Virus record (IMG/VR): IMGVR_UViG_3300037465_000435
Span: 1-27,427 of that record
DNA length: 27,427 bases
Direction: 5' to 3' (one strand)
From: a virus
Lineage: Duplodnaviria; Caudoviricetes
The notes beneath the pieces are model-generated. The model was given only the letters and a program-made list of their open reading frames with translations. It had not been told where the DNA came from and did no database searches. Position numbers and translations under genes: made by a program. This document shows, one piece after another, positions 1 through 8,851 of the stretch (within the stretch, counting starts at the first letter, position 1; every line of letters begins with the position of its first letter).

Positions 1-431
1 GTCTTAACAACGGTGTCGCGCGACGTCAGTGTGAAGTCGAGGTTCTGGAGTTGACCAAGCGCGTCGACGGCGTTCAGCTTCTGCGATCGCGGACGAAGGT
101 CGAGGCTCGCCTCATACTGGTTCGTCAGCACTTTGCCGATCCAATAGGTCGATGCGCCTTTTTTGATGCGTAGGCGGTACTTTTCGTCATGGGCGACCGC
201 CAGTGCAGCGATCACTGCGTCGCTCGGATCGAGGATCTGAACCTCGGCCGACGACGGGAGGATGGGGACATCCTTATCGGAGTTCTGCTGGCCCCACCGT
301 ACGATGAGACCCTTGCCGGCGAGCGTGATTGAGGTCGACGCACCGACAAAGCCGTCCTCGAGGATCTCGGCGGTGTAGACGTTCCCGTCGAGGGACGGAA
401 TGGAGCCAGTATATTTGATCCCGTAGCTCAC
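1..431 (-). CDS. Tail protein following the tape measure (distal tail/baseplate hub-like), truncated by the window edge
   Basis: Read by hand, not in the ORF track. GTG at 431 overlaps the TMP stop (GTGA). The frame MSYGIKYTGSIPSLDGNVYTAEILEDGFVG...YWIGKVL...LNAVDALGQL stays open to the edge. Confidence 0.8.
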   Translation of the reverse strand, partial: MSYGIKYTGSIPSLDGNVYTAEILEDGFVGASTSITLAGKGLIVRWGQQNSDKDVPILPSSAEVQILDPSDAVIAALAVAHDEKYRLRIKKGASTYWIGKVLTNQYEASLDLRPRSQKLNAVDALGQLQNLDFTLTSRDTVVK

Positions 432-3184
432 GTCGCGAGGCCCACCTGGCCGTCGAATTCATCTTGAGTCCTGAGCACCGCTTTGAGCGTCCGAGCGTCA
501 CCAACGAGCTCGCCCTTGATTTCGAGCCGCTCCAGCCGATCGATGGCTTGCTCGAAGCGTTCAACGAATTGAAGGTCGATCCCCGAACCACGCCCGCCCG
601 AGATCTCCCGCCGAGCCTCGACCAACACTTCAGGACGAATGGTCGGTAAGAGCATTTGATGGGCGGTGCCGGTCGCCAGCATGCCAAGAAGCTCAGGCAT
701 CAAATCGTCCCGGAAGACCTCTTTGAAGTCTTTTTCAGGAGCGATGATCTCTACGTCGCGACCTTCGAAGAAGCCCGTCTGACCCTTCTTGATCTTACCC
801 CCGTGTTCAAATCCAAATGCCGACTTGATCGAATTGAAGATGCCGACGAGCGCTGCAATCGTAGCCGGAATCGTCACCAGGGCAAATGGTCCAAAGGTTG
901 CCACTTCCCATTCGACCACCGAGGCCGCCGCCTTCACCATGCTCGCCGCCGCGGCGGCGAGAGATTTCACGACCTCGACAGCGAGCAGGGCCAAGCGGGC
1001 AAGAACACCGGCCTCCGTGGCAGCCGTCTGTTGCGCTTCAGCGGCAACCGTGGATTTGGTCTTCAACAGCTGATTCTTGATGTGCATCGCAACGCTGATC
1101 GCACCTTGACGGAGCTCTTCACGTAGCATGTCACCGATCGCCTGAATGAGCGTACCTCGCATGGCGTCGTAGGCACGCTCGAAAGACGACTTGCGCTCCT
1201 CGTCCATCTGTTCCTGGAGTTCAAGGCGCCTCTCTTCCTCCTGAATGGAGGCGTTGCGAAGTTCCTGCTCCCGCTGTTGCTTTTCCAGTTCCATCTGTTG
1301 AATGCGCAAACTGTATTCGCGCTGCGAAATCTCGCCGTGTTGGAGTTGTGCCTGGAGGGTCTTCTTGCGGGCATCCTGGTCGATGAGGAAGAGGTCATAG
1401 TCGACCTGCCGCTGCCGCGCCGAAAATTCATTCTGGCGGGTCATATCGTCGATCATCTGCTGCGTGACGGTACGGCTCTGGTTTACAATCGAGTTGAAGA
1501 ACTCATCATATCCGGCGAGCAGGGGCCCGAGGATATATTGATGGTGCTGCTCCCAGGCGTCGCGTTCGGCCTGAATGGTCCGCTTGCGCGCCTCAAGGCC
1601 CTCGACAGAGATCTCGGTAAGAGAGACCTCCAGTTCCCGCTTCCGGAGCAACTTGTCCTGGTCCAGCTGACGGCCAGCGGAAGCAGCGGCCGACTCCTCG
1701 CGCTTCAACTGGTCCAGTTCTGCTTGAGCCGCACGCCGCCGGACCTCAAGGACGTCCTCGGCGGTCTGTTCCTCGATCTGCTTGTTGATGATCCCGTTAC
1801 CGCGGGCGATCGCGATCTGCTCTCGGACCAGGAGACCATACAGCTGCATGCGTGAGTTTCGTTCACTTCGCTCAAGATCGATGCGCTTCTGGGACTCTTG
1901 TTGCTGAATCTGCGTCAGGAGCGTCTCGAGTTGCTGCTTCCGAAGTCGCTGCTGGCTGGACATCTGCGTATCGAGTGCCGCCAGGGCATTCAGCTCTTTT
2001 CGATAGTAGTCCGCCCGCGCGGACAGGATCGCGAGATCGAGCTGTTCCTGAAGTGCGCCGCGAGAGACTCCGTCCGCAGTGATGCGTGCGAGTTCAGCCT
2101 CGAACTTCTGATCGGCGATCTGTTTGTCAAAATGGGCCTCTTCTTCCGCGATCCTGCGCATCTCCGCCGCATGCTTCTTGCGGGCCGCCTCGAGGCCATC
2201 GGCGTGCCCGCGGAACTCCTCTTGTTCCTTCTTGTACGTATCCTCGGCGGCGCGGCGCTGCTGTTCGAATTGGTCAACTGTCGCGGCGGTCTCCGCTTGA
2301 CGGATGAACTCCCTGACTTCGGCTCCTGTCTTGGCTCGTGCGTTCAACTCCTGATCGAGCTTCTCCCTCTCCTGGACCAGGAGTGCTCGACGGGCCTGCT
2401 CTTGGCTGATGAGGCTTTGTGTCTCGGCGCGTCCGGCGAGATCGCCAACGGACAACGCTGCCTTCTTACGCTCGGCGGCCTGGATGAATTGGTCGGAGGC
2501 CGCGATCGCTTGAAGGAGCCCCTTTCGGTACTCCTCAAGATCGCGTCCGCTCGCGCCGCGAAGCGATTCGCTGAACAGCTGCATGGCCGTCGCATTCCGC
2601 TTCAGGCGCTCTTCCGAGTCATCAAAGAATCTGAGGAGCGACAGGCCGATCGCTACAGCAGCGCCGATCGCGACCGCCCAACCGCCTGTGGCAATGCCGA
2701 GGACCGAGAGGGTGCCGGCTAAGCCAAACCCTGCCGAGATCCCTTCGCTCATCCCTCGGTTAAGCTTGTCCATGTCCTTGCTGCCGCCGGAAGCCTTCGA
2801 ACTGAGTTCGACAATTCCGGTAGCGAGGAAGGACAGTGCTCCGAAAGCTTCGAGCGCATTCCGCTTGGCCTTGTTCAGCGATCCCGACTTGCGTTCGACC
2901 GCCCCGGCTGCGTGGTCTGTATGGGCAGCATGATCTTCTTCCTTCGAGCCGAGCTTGTCATTCGCGACCCCGGCGTCGTTCAACGAACGGATGTACTCTT
3001 CGGTCTGATCGACGACGGCCTTCAACTGTGACTCCAGACCGCTCACATCCGGCGCCTTGACGTCGACGTTCAGCAGCGGCTTCAGCTGCTGGCCGGTCGT
3101 CGCCGTCATCGAAAGCATGGATTTCAAGCCCTCGACATACGGCTTCAGATCCGCCGTGAACACTATTTTGACTTCGGTCGACAT
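428..3184 (-). CDS. Tail tape measure protein (918 aa)
   Basis: Long Ala/Glu/Gln-rich helical protein with hydrophobic segments and a C-terminal FEHGG...E motif, directly after the tail assembly chaperone. Confidence 0.9.
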   Translation of the reverse strand: MSTEVKIVFTADLKPYVEGLKSMLSMTATTGQQLKPLLNVDVKAPDVSGLESQLKAVVDQTEEYIRSLNDAGVANDKLGSKEEDHAAHTDHAAGAVERKSGSLNKAKRNALEAFGALSFLATGIVELSSKASGGSKDMDKLNRGMSEGISAGFGLAGTLSVLGIATGGWAVAIGAAVAIGLSLLRFFDDSEERLKRNATAMQLFSESLRGASGRDLEEYRKGLLQAIAASDQFIQAAERKKAALSVGDLAGRAETQSLISQEQARRALLVQEREKLDQELNARAKTGAEVREFIRQAETAATVDQFEQQRRAAEDTYKKEQEEFRGHADGLEAARKKHAAEMRRIAEEEAHFDKQIADQKFEAELARITADGVSRGALQEQLDLAILSARADYYRKELNALAALDTQMSSQQRLRKQQLETLLTQIQQQESQKRIDLERSERNSRMQLYGLLVREQIAIARGNGIINKQIEEQTAEDVLEVRRRAAQAELDQLKREESAAASAGRQLDQDKLLRKRELEVSLTEISVEGLEARKRTIQAERDAWEQHHQYILGPLLAGYDEFFNSIVNQSRTVTQQMIDDMTRQNEFSARQRQVDYDLFLIDQDARKKTLQAQLQHGEISQREYSLRIQQMELEKQQREQELRNASIQEEERRLELQEQMDEERKSSFERAYDAMRGTLIQAIGDMLREELRQGAISVAMHIKNQLLKTKSTVAAEAQQTAATEAGVLARLALLAVEVVKSLAAAAASMVKAAASVVEWEVATFGPFALVTIPATIAALVGIFNSIKSAFGFEHGGKIKKGQTGFFEGRDVEIIAPEKDFKEVFRDDLMPELLGMLATGTAHQMLLPTIRPEVLVEARREISGGRGSGIDLQFVERFEQAIDRLERLEIKGELVGDARTLKAVLRTQDEFDGQVGLAT

Positions 3185-3405
3185 CAGGTTTTGCTTCGGT
3201 TCTTCGCTTCTTCAGCACGCTCGTTCAGGATCCACAGCTGTTTACAGACGTCTTCAAGGTCCAACCTCTTGATGATCCGGAATCGGGATCCGTCGCCTCC
3301 CGAGAGATCAAAGGCGATGCGATCCTGAATCGTTATGGGGCCTTGGTCGTCGCCGGCGTCGGAGAAGATGCTCCAGTAGAGAGTCCCAAGACGCCGCTTC
3401 TGGTA
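3184..3405 (-). CDS. -1 frameshift extension of the tail assembly chaperone (GT-type C-terminal part, 73 aa)
   Basis: Slippery T TTT TTT (plus strand A7, 3405-3411). The -1 frame YQKRRLG...IAFDLSGGDGSRFRIIKRLDLEDVCKQLWILNE...SKT ends in a TGA overlapping the TMP ATG. Confidence 0.8.
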   Translation of the reverse strand, partial: YQKRRLGTLYWSIFSDAGDDQGPITIQDRIAFDLSGGDGSRFRIIKRLDLEDVCKQLWILNERAEEAKNRSKT

Positions 3406-3815
3406 AAAAAAGTGTTGATCACCTCCCGCACGACATCCCGTGTGGCATGCTTGGCCATGAACTCCTCTCGCTCGGAGATGTCGTTCTCGTCGAACTCCTT
3501 GTCCGTCGGAACGAGCAACACCGCAAGGATGCGCCGGGCAAAGTGCTTCTCATACACCCAGGCATTGACCTTCGCCATGTCGAAGGCGAGCGTCACCATC
3601 TGGTCTTCCAGGCGACGCAATCGGTCATCATCGGGAATCGCGGAACCATCGGGGATCGCCTTGCTCACGTCGATCATCGACCGGGTGGCCGAGCTCAACG
3701 CTTCCGGACATTCGGTGAGCATGCTGCGAACGATCGGTGCCAGGATCTCGTCCTGGGCCAGGGAGAGAGTGAAGCGGAAGGCCTTGCCGCCAATCTCATA
3801 CTTCTGCTGTTCCAT
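3333..3815 (-). CDS. Tail assembly chaperone (G-type, 160 aa)
   Basis: GAAGGAGG Shine-Dalgarno before ATG 3815 (MEQQKYEIGG). Lies between tail tube and TMP and carries a slippery site near its end. Confidence 0.8.
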   Translation of the reverse strand: MEQQKYEIGGKAFRFTLSLAQDEILAPIVRSMLTECPEALSSATRSMIDVSKAIPDGSAIPDDDRLRRLEDQMVTLAFDMAKVNAWVYEKHFARRILAVLLVPTDKEFDENDISEREEFMAKHATRDVVREVINTFFTRSGVLGLSTGASSPTPATTKAP

Positions 3816-3838
3816 GTTTCCTCCTTCTGGAATAAGTA

Positions 3839-3902
3839 GGCTTCGGGTCCGACCACGCTTCGGCTCCACTTGCGTGAGGCTTGACCCGGTCAACCCGAAG
3901 CC
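3839..3902 (-). other. Intergenic stem-loop between tail tube and chaperone genes
   Basis: Arms GGCTTCGGGT / ACCCGAAGCC, with an internal CAC-GCAA-GTG tetraloop hairpin on the minus strand. Confidence 0.55.
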
Positions 3903-3930
3903 CGGTTGAAACGACGCTGGACCGGCAGCC

Positions 3931-4353
3931 TTACGCGCCGGTCAGCGCCATCAGGTCAGCTTCGGTGAGGGCGAAGCCGGAGAGGGTGATCTTGCGGGCA
4001 TTGAACGCGCCCGCCGACTTCGCCTCATGATCCACCCGCACGAGCACCTTCTTGAGCGTGTAGTACTTGCTCTGGTCGATGCCGTAGAACCGGAACCAGA
4101 GTTCCGTCCCGGCTTCCTCGGCCGCGACGAGCTCCGTGATCACGGCGCCGCTCAACTCCTTCGAGCGGATGACCGCACCGAGCTTCTTACCGGTGGCGAG
4201 CTCCTTCTCGTTGCCGAGCGTCTCAACCGGCGTTGAGAACTCGACGGAGGTCCCTTCCTTCAGGATGAGGCCTTCCGCAAGGATCGTCGCCGAACTGAAT
4301 CCGGCGTTGTCGTCGAAGTCGATCTTCGACCAGCCACCCTTCATGAATCCCAT
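3931..4353 (-). CDS. Putative tail tube protein, short paralogue (140 aa)
   Basis: Tail-tube position, beta-rich, AAGAGGAG SD, clear similarity to the upstream 286-aa protein. Confidence 0.7.
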   Translation of the reverse strand: MGFMKGGWSKIDFDDNAGFSSATILAEGLILKEGTSVEFSTPVETLGNEKELATGKKLGAVIRSKELSGAVITELVAAEEAGTELWFRFYGIDQSKYYTLKKVLVRVDHEAKSAGAFNARKITLSGFALTEADLMALTGA

Positions 4354-4375
4354 GGTAGTACTCCTCTTGAAATGG

Positions 4376-5236
4376 TTATGTGGTCAGTTCGATGACATCA
4401 GATTCCTTTTCGCCCCAGTTCGTCCCGCTGATCTTCTTGGCGTTATGGGCCCCGGCCGCTTTCGGATCGTTGACGATCGTCGGGAGGATTTTCTTCACGA
4501 GATAGTTCATCGGCACAGCCCGCAGGTCATCGAGCCACAACACGAACGCCCCCTTGTCAACCACCTGCTTCACACCGACCGAGATGATGGCCGTCAGGTT
4601 CGCCGGCGTCGCGAGTTTCAGGTTCACCTTCGTCCACGCGTTGATCGGAATGGCGGGGAGATTCAACGTCTCAAGCGGCGTGGCACACGCGGCCGTGTCG
4701 TCGAGCAGCAGCTGCACGTCGCCGGCGTTCAGAGCGACGCTGCTCTTCACCCAAGCCGTGATCTCCTTGGCGGCCGTGAGGTTCAACGGACCGATTGCTT
4801 CCGTCGCGAGCTTGTCGCCTGCGCTGGCCGTCCCGGCGACCGTGAGCTTCACCGAATTGACGCCCACCTTCTTGTCGGCAGCATCGATCGCAGAGGTGAC
4901 ATCCGCATCGACGGACTCATTCCAGGCGTCCTCACAGTCTTCGATGACCGCGCCTTCAGCGAGTCCACGGAACCGGAAATCAAGCGTGGTGCCCGCTTCC
5001 TCTGCGGCCTTGATCGCGGCGTAGACTTCAGGCGTCAGATCGGAGCTCCGGACGTTGATCCGATAGCCTTTGCCGGCCGAACGTTCTTTTTCATCGGCGA
5101 AGGTCTCGGTCTTCTCGATCGGCTCGATGCCGGTCCCTTCTTTGAGCAGGCTCGTGATCTCCGTAACGACCGACGAAGCGGCCGTGAGGTCGGCGGAGAA
5201 TTCTACCTGCTTGAAACCACCCTTTGCGCTTGCCAT
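4376..5236 (-). CDS. Putative tail tube paralogue with inserted CBM-like domain (286 aa)
   Basis: N- and C-terminal parts align with the 140-aa neighbour. The central ~150 aa (IEDCEDAW...WTKVNLKL...LWLDDLRAV) resembles a jelly-roll carbohydrate-binding module. Confidence 0.65.
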   Translation of the reverse strand: MASAKGGFKQVEFSADLTAASSVVTEITSLLKEGTGIEPIEKTETFADEKERSAGKGYRINVRSSDLTPEVYAAIKAAEEAGTTLDFRFRGLAEGAVIEDCEDAWNESVDADVTSAIDAADKKVGVNSVKLTVAGTASAGDKLATEAIGPLNLTAAKEITAWVKSSVALNAGDVQLLLDDTAACATPLETLNLPAIPINAWTKVNLKLATPANLTAIISVGVKQVVDKGAFVLWLDDLRAVPMNYLVKKILPTIVNDPKAAGAHNAKKISGTNWGEKESDVIELTT

Positions 5237-5246
5237 GAGAGTGCCT

Positions 5247-5681
5247 CTAGGATTCGAAGAAGGATATGACCATTTCGTAGACGACCAGTCCCCGGACGGC
5301 GAAGAGGAAGTCGATGGATTCTAACCCGAACGCGATCGGTTCACCCGATACCGTCAGCGTGTAGCCGTCGAACTTGTCACGCAATGAGCCAAGCAGGCTG
5401 TACGCCCCACGCTGTGCATCCTGCCTGGAGCGAAGCGAGTGTGCCCCGATCGCAAGGTGAAACGATTCCTTTTTGATGCCGCTGGCGTTATCCGCCAAAC
5501 GCTGGCCCTCCTGCGGAACCAATCCACCGTAGCGAACGAGCACGAACGGTACCATCGGGCGGATCTGCTCCAGCTTGCTCTCATCAAACTCGCCCTCGTG
5601 AGGCACAACGGTTTTCAGCGTCGGAACCGTTGCCTTGATCTCCGCGATGAGCGCGTCTTCAATATCAGCCGTGTCGATCAT
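5247..5681 (-). CDS. Mu gp37-like tail terminator/completion protein
   Basis: IEDALIAEIK...HEGEFD...PFVLVRYGG...GAYSLL pattern and synteny after gpG. Confidence 0.8.
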   Translation of the reverse strand: MIDTADIEDALIAEIKATVPTLKTVVPHEGEFDESKLEQIRPMVPFVLVRYGGLVPQEGQRLADNASGIKKESFHLAIGAHSLRSRQDAQRGAYSLLGSLRDKFDGYTLTVSGEPIAFGLESIDFLFAVRGLVVYEMVISFFES

Positions 5682-6199
5682 GCTCCGCTCACGACATGGT
5701 CACGGACGATCTGCCCGAAGGTCTGTTCGGCTTCCTGAGACGCGAAGAGGAACGGCCGCGCCGGCATCTTGATCACGAACTCTTTGAAGGTCATTCCACG
5801 TCCGGCCTGCGTTCCGCCCTTGAACTGACCGCGTCTCGCTCCGCGAGAGATTCGATTGCGCTTGAAGACCTCCGATCGTGCTGCCCGCCGGATCTCTCCG
5901 CCGAACTGATGAATCGCCGCATACGGGAGGTTCGATCCAAACGTGATCGATTGTGAATCCACCTGCGGCTGAAGCAGCGAGTGTTCCAAGGCGCCGGTGT
6001 CGCGAAGCGTCTGGCCGCCTTCCTTGATGGCGCGTTTCGAAGGCTTCCACTTCTCAGGTCGTCCACCCTCGGCAAAGTTCTTCTGAAACTCAGAGGTGAA
6101 GAGCAGCGCACCCTCGCGAAGGGCAGGTTCGAGGTTCTGCGATCGGGCGATCATCTCACCGAGAGTCCTGTTGAGATCTCCAAAGAGCATCTCGCCCAT
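5678..6199 (-). CDS. Phage virion morphogenesis protein (Mu gpG / P2 S-like)
   Basis: TLRDTGAL...GSNLPYAAIHQFGG...MPARPFL motifs. Confidence 0.92.
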   Translation of the reverse strand: MGEMLFGDLNRTLGEMIARSQNLEPALREGALLFTSEFQKNFAEGGRPEKWKPSKRAIKEGGQTLRDTGALEHSLLQPQVDSQSITFGSNLPYAAIHQFGGEIRRAARSEVFKRNRISRGARRGQFKGGTQAGRGMTFKEFVIKMPARPFLFASQEAEQTFGQIVRDHVVSGA

Positions 6200-6200
6200 T

Positions 6201-6629
6201 TCAAAGGCCCTTCAAAGACTCGTTGGAGAATATCCGCTTGCTGGCACTCGTATATCCGCCGGCCGAGGAAGCAGACGACGGAGGCGGATCGATTCCCACG
6301 GTGACCTTTCCGGCCGCGACCTGCTCCAAGAACCTGATCGAATCATCATAGTTCTTCTGGACCGTTTCGCTCATGCCGACACGAGGCGCTCGTCGGGAGA
6401 AGAGCAGGTAGAGAGCGATCATCGATGACAACAATGTGAGCCGCGCCGTGGTGGGACTCACCGGCACCGCATACACTTTCGCGAGGTACGAATCGATCAG
6501 GCTATCGGCATCGGCGATACCCTTGGCGATGACGGCGTCATCGACCACATCACCCGCCTCGGAGGTCACCTGTGCGAGCTCCGATTCGGAGATGTAGTTC
6601 AGGATGTCGGTCTTCGTGCAGTAGGCCAT
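6201..6629 (-). CDS. Mu gp36-like (DUF1320) head-tail connector
   Basis: MAYCT..D...ADSLIDSYL...Y.VP...YDDSIRFLEQVAAGK pattern. Confidence 0.92.
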   Translation of the reverse strand: MAYCTKTDILNYISESELAQVTSEAGDVVDDAVIAKGIADADSLIDSYLAKVYAVPVSPTTARLTLLSSMIALYLLFSRRAPRVGMSETVQKNYDDSIRFLEQVAAGKVTVGIDPPPSSASSAGGYTSASKRIFSNESLKGL

Positions 6630-6663
6630 CGCTTGATTCCTTGAAGCGTTTACTTCGTTGTGA

Positions 6664-6750
6664 GCCGGCGGAGGTGCAACCCCCGCCGGCCCTGTCCACT
6701 ACCCGGAGAAGGAGGGCCGGGAGTGGAGGATCCGGCTGGCGGGACCGGAT
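6664..6750 (-). other. Cluster of GC-rich hairpins immediately downstream of the capsid gene (terminator or mRNA-stability elements)
   Basis: GCCGGCGG/CCGCCGGC, TCCACT-CCCGG/CCGGG-AGTGGA and ATCCGG/CCGGAT inverted repeats. No clear U-tract. Confidence 0.5.
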
Positions 6751-7763
6751 TATCCGAGACCGGTGGAACCGAATGCGAGCTGCGGCAGGCCGTAGCCGGC
6801 GTTGTAGCGCGCATCCACGCCGAAGGTGAACGTATTCGTCTTGAAGACTTCCGGCGAATCCGGATCGACGAACTGCGTGAACTTCGGATCGCGCCGTTTT
6901 TGGAAGACGAGCGGCTTCAGCGTGTTGTATTCGACCACGATGAACCACGCCGTCGCACTCGTGATGATGCCGCTCTTCACGTAGCTCGCCGCGCCTTTCC
7001 AGATGTTGTTCTGCGTGCTCCCGTTGGCGACGGAGATGTATTCGTTGTTCAGGATCGCGAGCGCCGTTCCCTCGAGCTCCGGACCGGTCACGAGCGTGAA
7101 CTTCTCGCCGCCGGTATAGAACGGCGTCTTGCCGTCGGCACGCTTCAGACGTCCGAGGGCCGCGAGGGCCTTGCCGAAGTTCTCGGCGTTGAGCACGTAG
7201 GTCGCCTTGTTGCTCCCGAACGCATGGTCGGTGGCGAAGAACGTCTTGCCGTCATAGGCCAGGGAGGTGAAGCCGGTGTTGAGGAGTCCGAACACCAGCT
7301 CATCGGGATGCGAAACCGCCAGGGCCGCCTGGTGTTTGACGACGGGGTTGTAGACCCCGTACTGGTCGTCTTCGATGTCCTCCCGCGGGACCCCGATCGT
7401 ATGTTCCCACGTCTTGTTGAGGAGCTCGTAGACATAGGCCTTCAGGTTCTCGACGTGTCGATCGCCGATCCACTCGCGCATGCCCGTCAGCAGAGCCATC
7501 CACGAGTAGTTGTTCGACCGTGTCGTCGACGGCACCTCCATGGCGATCTTCGGCCATTGCGGTGTCGCGGCCGCGAAGGCCTCATTGAAGATGGCGTTGA
7601 ACGACTTGAACATGGCCTTGAGGTTCGCGGCGTTGACAACCAAGCCGACGGCGAGCAATGACATCGGAGCCATCCAGTCGTTGTGCTCCGTCGTGCCGGC
7701 CGCGGCGTAGACGGGCAGCGCCACCAGCAGCACGAGGGCGAAGATGAGAATGAAGCGTTTCAT
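6750..7763 (-). CDS. Mu gpT-like major capsid protein with N-terminal signal-peptide-like extension
   Basis: MREWIGDR, REDIEDDQYG, YDGKTFFATDH and GVDARYNAGYG motifs. AGGAG SD 7 nt before ATG 7763. Confidence 0.95.
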   Translation of the reverse strand: MKRFILIFALVLLVALPVYAAAGTTEHNDWMAPMSLLAVGLVVNAANLKAMFKSFNAIFNEAFAAATPQWPKIAMEVPSTTRSNNYSWMALLTGMREWIGDRHVENLKAYVYELLNKTWEHTIGVPREDIEDDQYGVYNPVVKHQAALAVSHPDELVFGLLNTGFTSLAYDGKTFFATDHAFGSNKATYVLNAENFGKALAALGRLKRADGKTPFYTGGEKFTLVTGPELEGTALAILNNEYISVANGSTQNNIWKGAASYVKSGIITSATAWFIVVEYNTLKPLVFQKRRDPKFTQFVDPDSPEVFKTNTFTFGVDARYNAGYGLPQLAFGSTGLG

Positions 7764-7796
7764 GTGTGGTCTCCTGTGAGAGTGATATTCGAGAGG

Positions 7797-7836
7797 TCCC
7801 GCTCCGCCAGCGTCACCGGATTTGGGCGGAGCGGGA
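7797..7836 (-). other. Perfect 12-bp hairpin upstream of the capsid gene
   Basis: TCCCGCTCCGCC (7797-7808) pairs with GGCGGAGCGGGA (7825-7836). Confidence 0.65.
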
Positions 7837-7847
7837 TCGCAACGTTC

Positions 7848-8783
7848 TTAGGTCTCGATGTAGATCGTGACCTTCGCGCTCTTCGCGGCCGTGTTCGTAC
7901 CACCGACAGTGACCGAGATGACATCGTCGACAGCAACGACGTTGGCGGCCGTAGGCGTGGCAACGTCAACGTCGCCCGCAGCCGAGCCCGCTTGGGTGAT
8001 CGTGATGACACCATTGGTGATCGCGACGGCTCCGATCTTTCCGGCCAGCGTGGCATCGCCGACGGTAAGGGGGCCGTCAATGACCGAATAGATCTTCTTG
8101 ATCGTGCCCGCAACCGGAGACACAACACGGTAGACCTTTGCCGAGGCTGAGGTCAGGTCGGCGACTTCGAGATCGAGCACGATCTTATTGGCGGCCAGGT
8201 TCGCACGAGCTGTAGCCGCGCTGGCGACGTCGCTCAGGTTGTTGGCCGCGACCAGATCGCCGTCAGCCGAATACACGTTGCGGATCTCGACCCAAACGCC
8301 GTTCGCGTCGACGTCGCGGATGTAGCCCGCCACTGACCGCGTGCCGCCGGCGCTCGTCTTGGCGACCGTTCCGTCGTCGACCAGGAAGCAAGCGCTCCCG
8401 ACCTCTGCGAGAGTTACCTCATCACCCCCCGCCGAATTGCTGTAGCGGAACACGCCCTCTTCGACCTCGACCGAGAGGTCTCCATTGGCGCCGGCCGAGT
8501 TGTCGACCTGGGCGCAGGCTCGGCCTAACGCCTTCTTCGCCACGGCGGCCGTTGCCGGTTCGGCATAGCCGGTGGCGTTGAGGACGACGATCGACCCTGC
8601 ATAGATGAGTTTCGTGGCCGCGACCGGGTAGCTGAAGCGCCTTCCATCACGGGAAGGCGTATCGCGATCCTCCGTCAGAGCCATCATCGCGAACGGAAAC
8701 ACAGCGGTTCCCGTAACGCGCTTGAAAAGAAGTGCGATGAGGAAAAGAACCCCCATCACGAGTAGAGGAATGAACTGTGTCAT
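7848..8783 (-). CDS. Head decoration/cement protein (DUF2190-like) with N-terminal hydrophobic segment and C-terminal beta domain
   Basis: ALTEDRDTP...IYAGSIV...GYAEPA...VDNSAGANGD...GVWVE core. Sits between gpI and gpT. AAGGAG SD before ATG 8783. Confidence 0.75.
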   Translation of the reverse strand: MTQFIPLLVMGVLFLIALLFKRVTGTAVFPFAMMALTEDRDTPSRDGRRFSYPVAATKLIYAGSIVVLNATGYAEPATAAVAKKALGRACAQVDNSAGANGDLSVEVEEGVFRYSNSAGGDEVTLAEVGSACFLVDDGTVAKTSAGGTRSVAGYIRDVDANGVWVEIRNVYSADGDLVAANNLSDVASAATARANLAANKIVLDLEVADLTSASAKVYRVVSPVAGTIKKIYSVIDGPLTVGDATLAGKIGAVAITNGVITITQAGSAAGDVDVATPTAANVVAVDDVISVTVGGTNTAAKSAKVTIYIET

Positions 8784-8851
8784 CGTGCTGCTCCTTGAAG
8801 TAGTGGTGTTCGATCAATGCGACTTGAGGCGGCGGTCAGACGCCGAATGCT

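Noticed and set aside
3816-3893. Extended start of the chaperone ORF at 3893
   Set aside because: It lies within an intergenic hairpin, and ATG 3815 has a strong SD.
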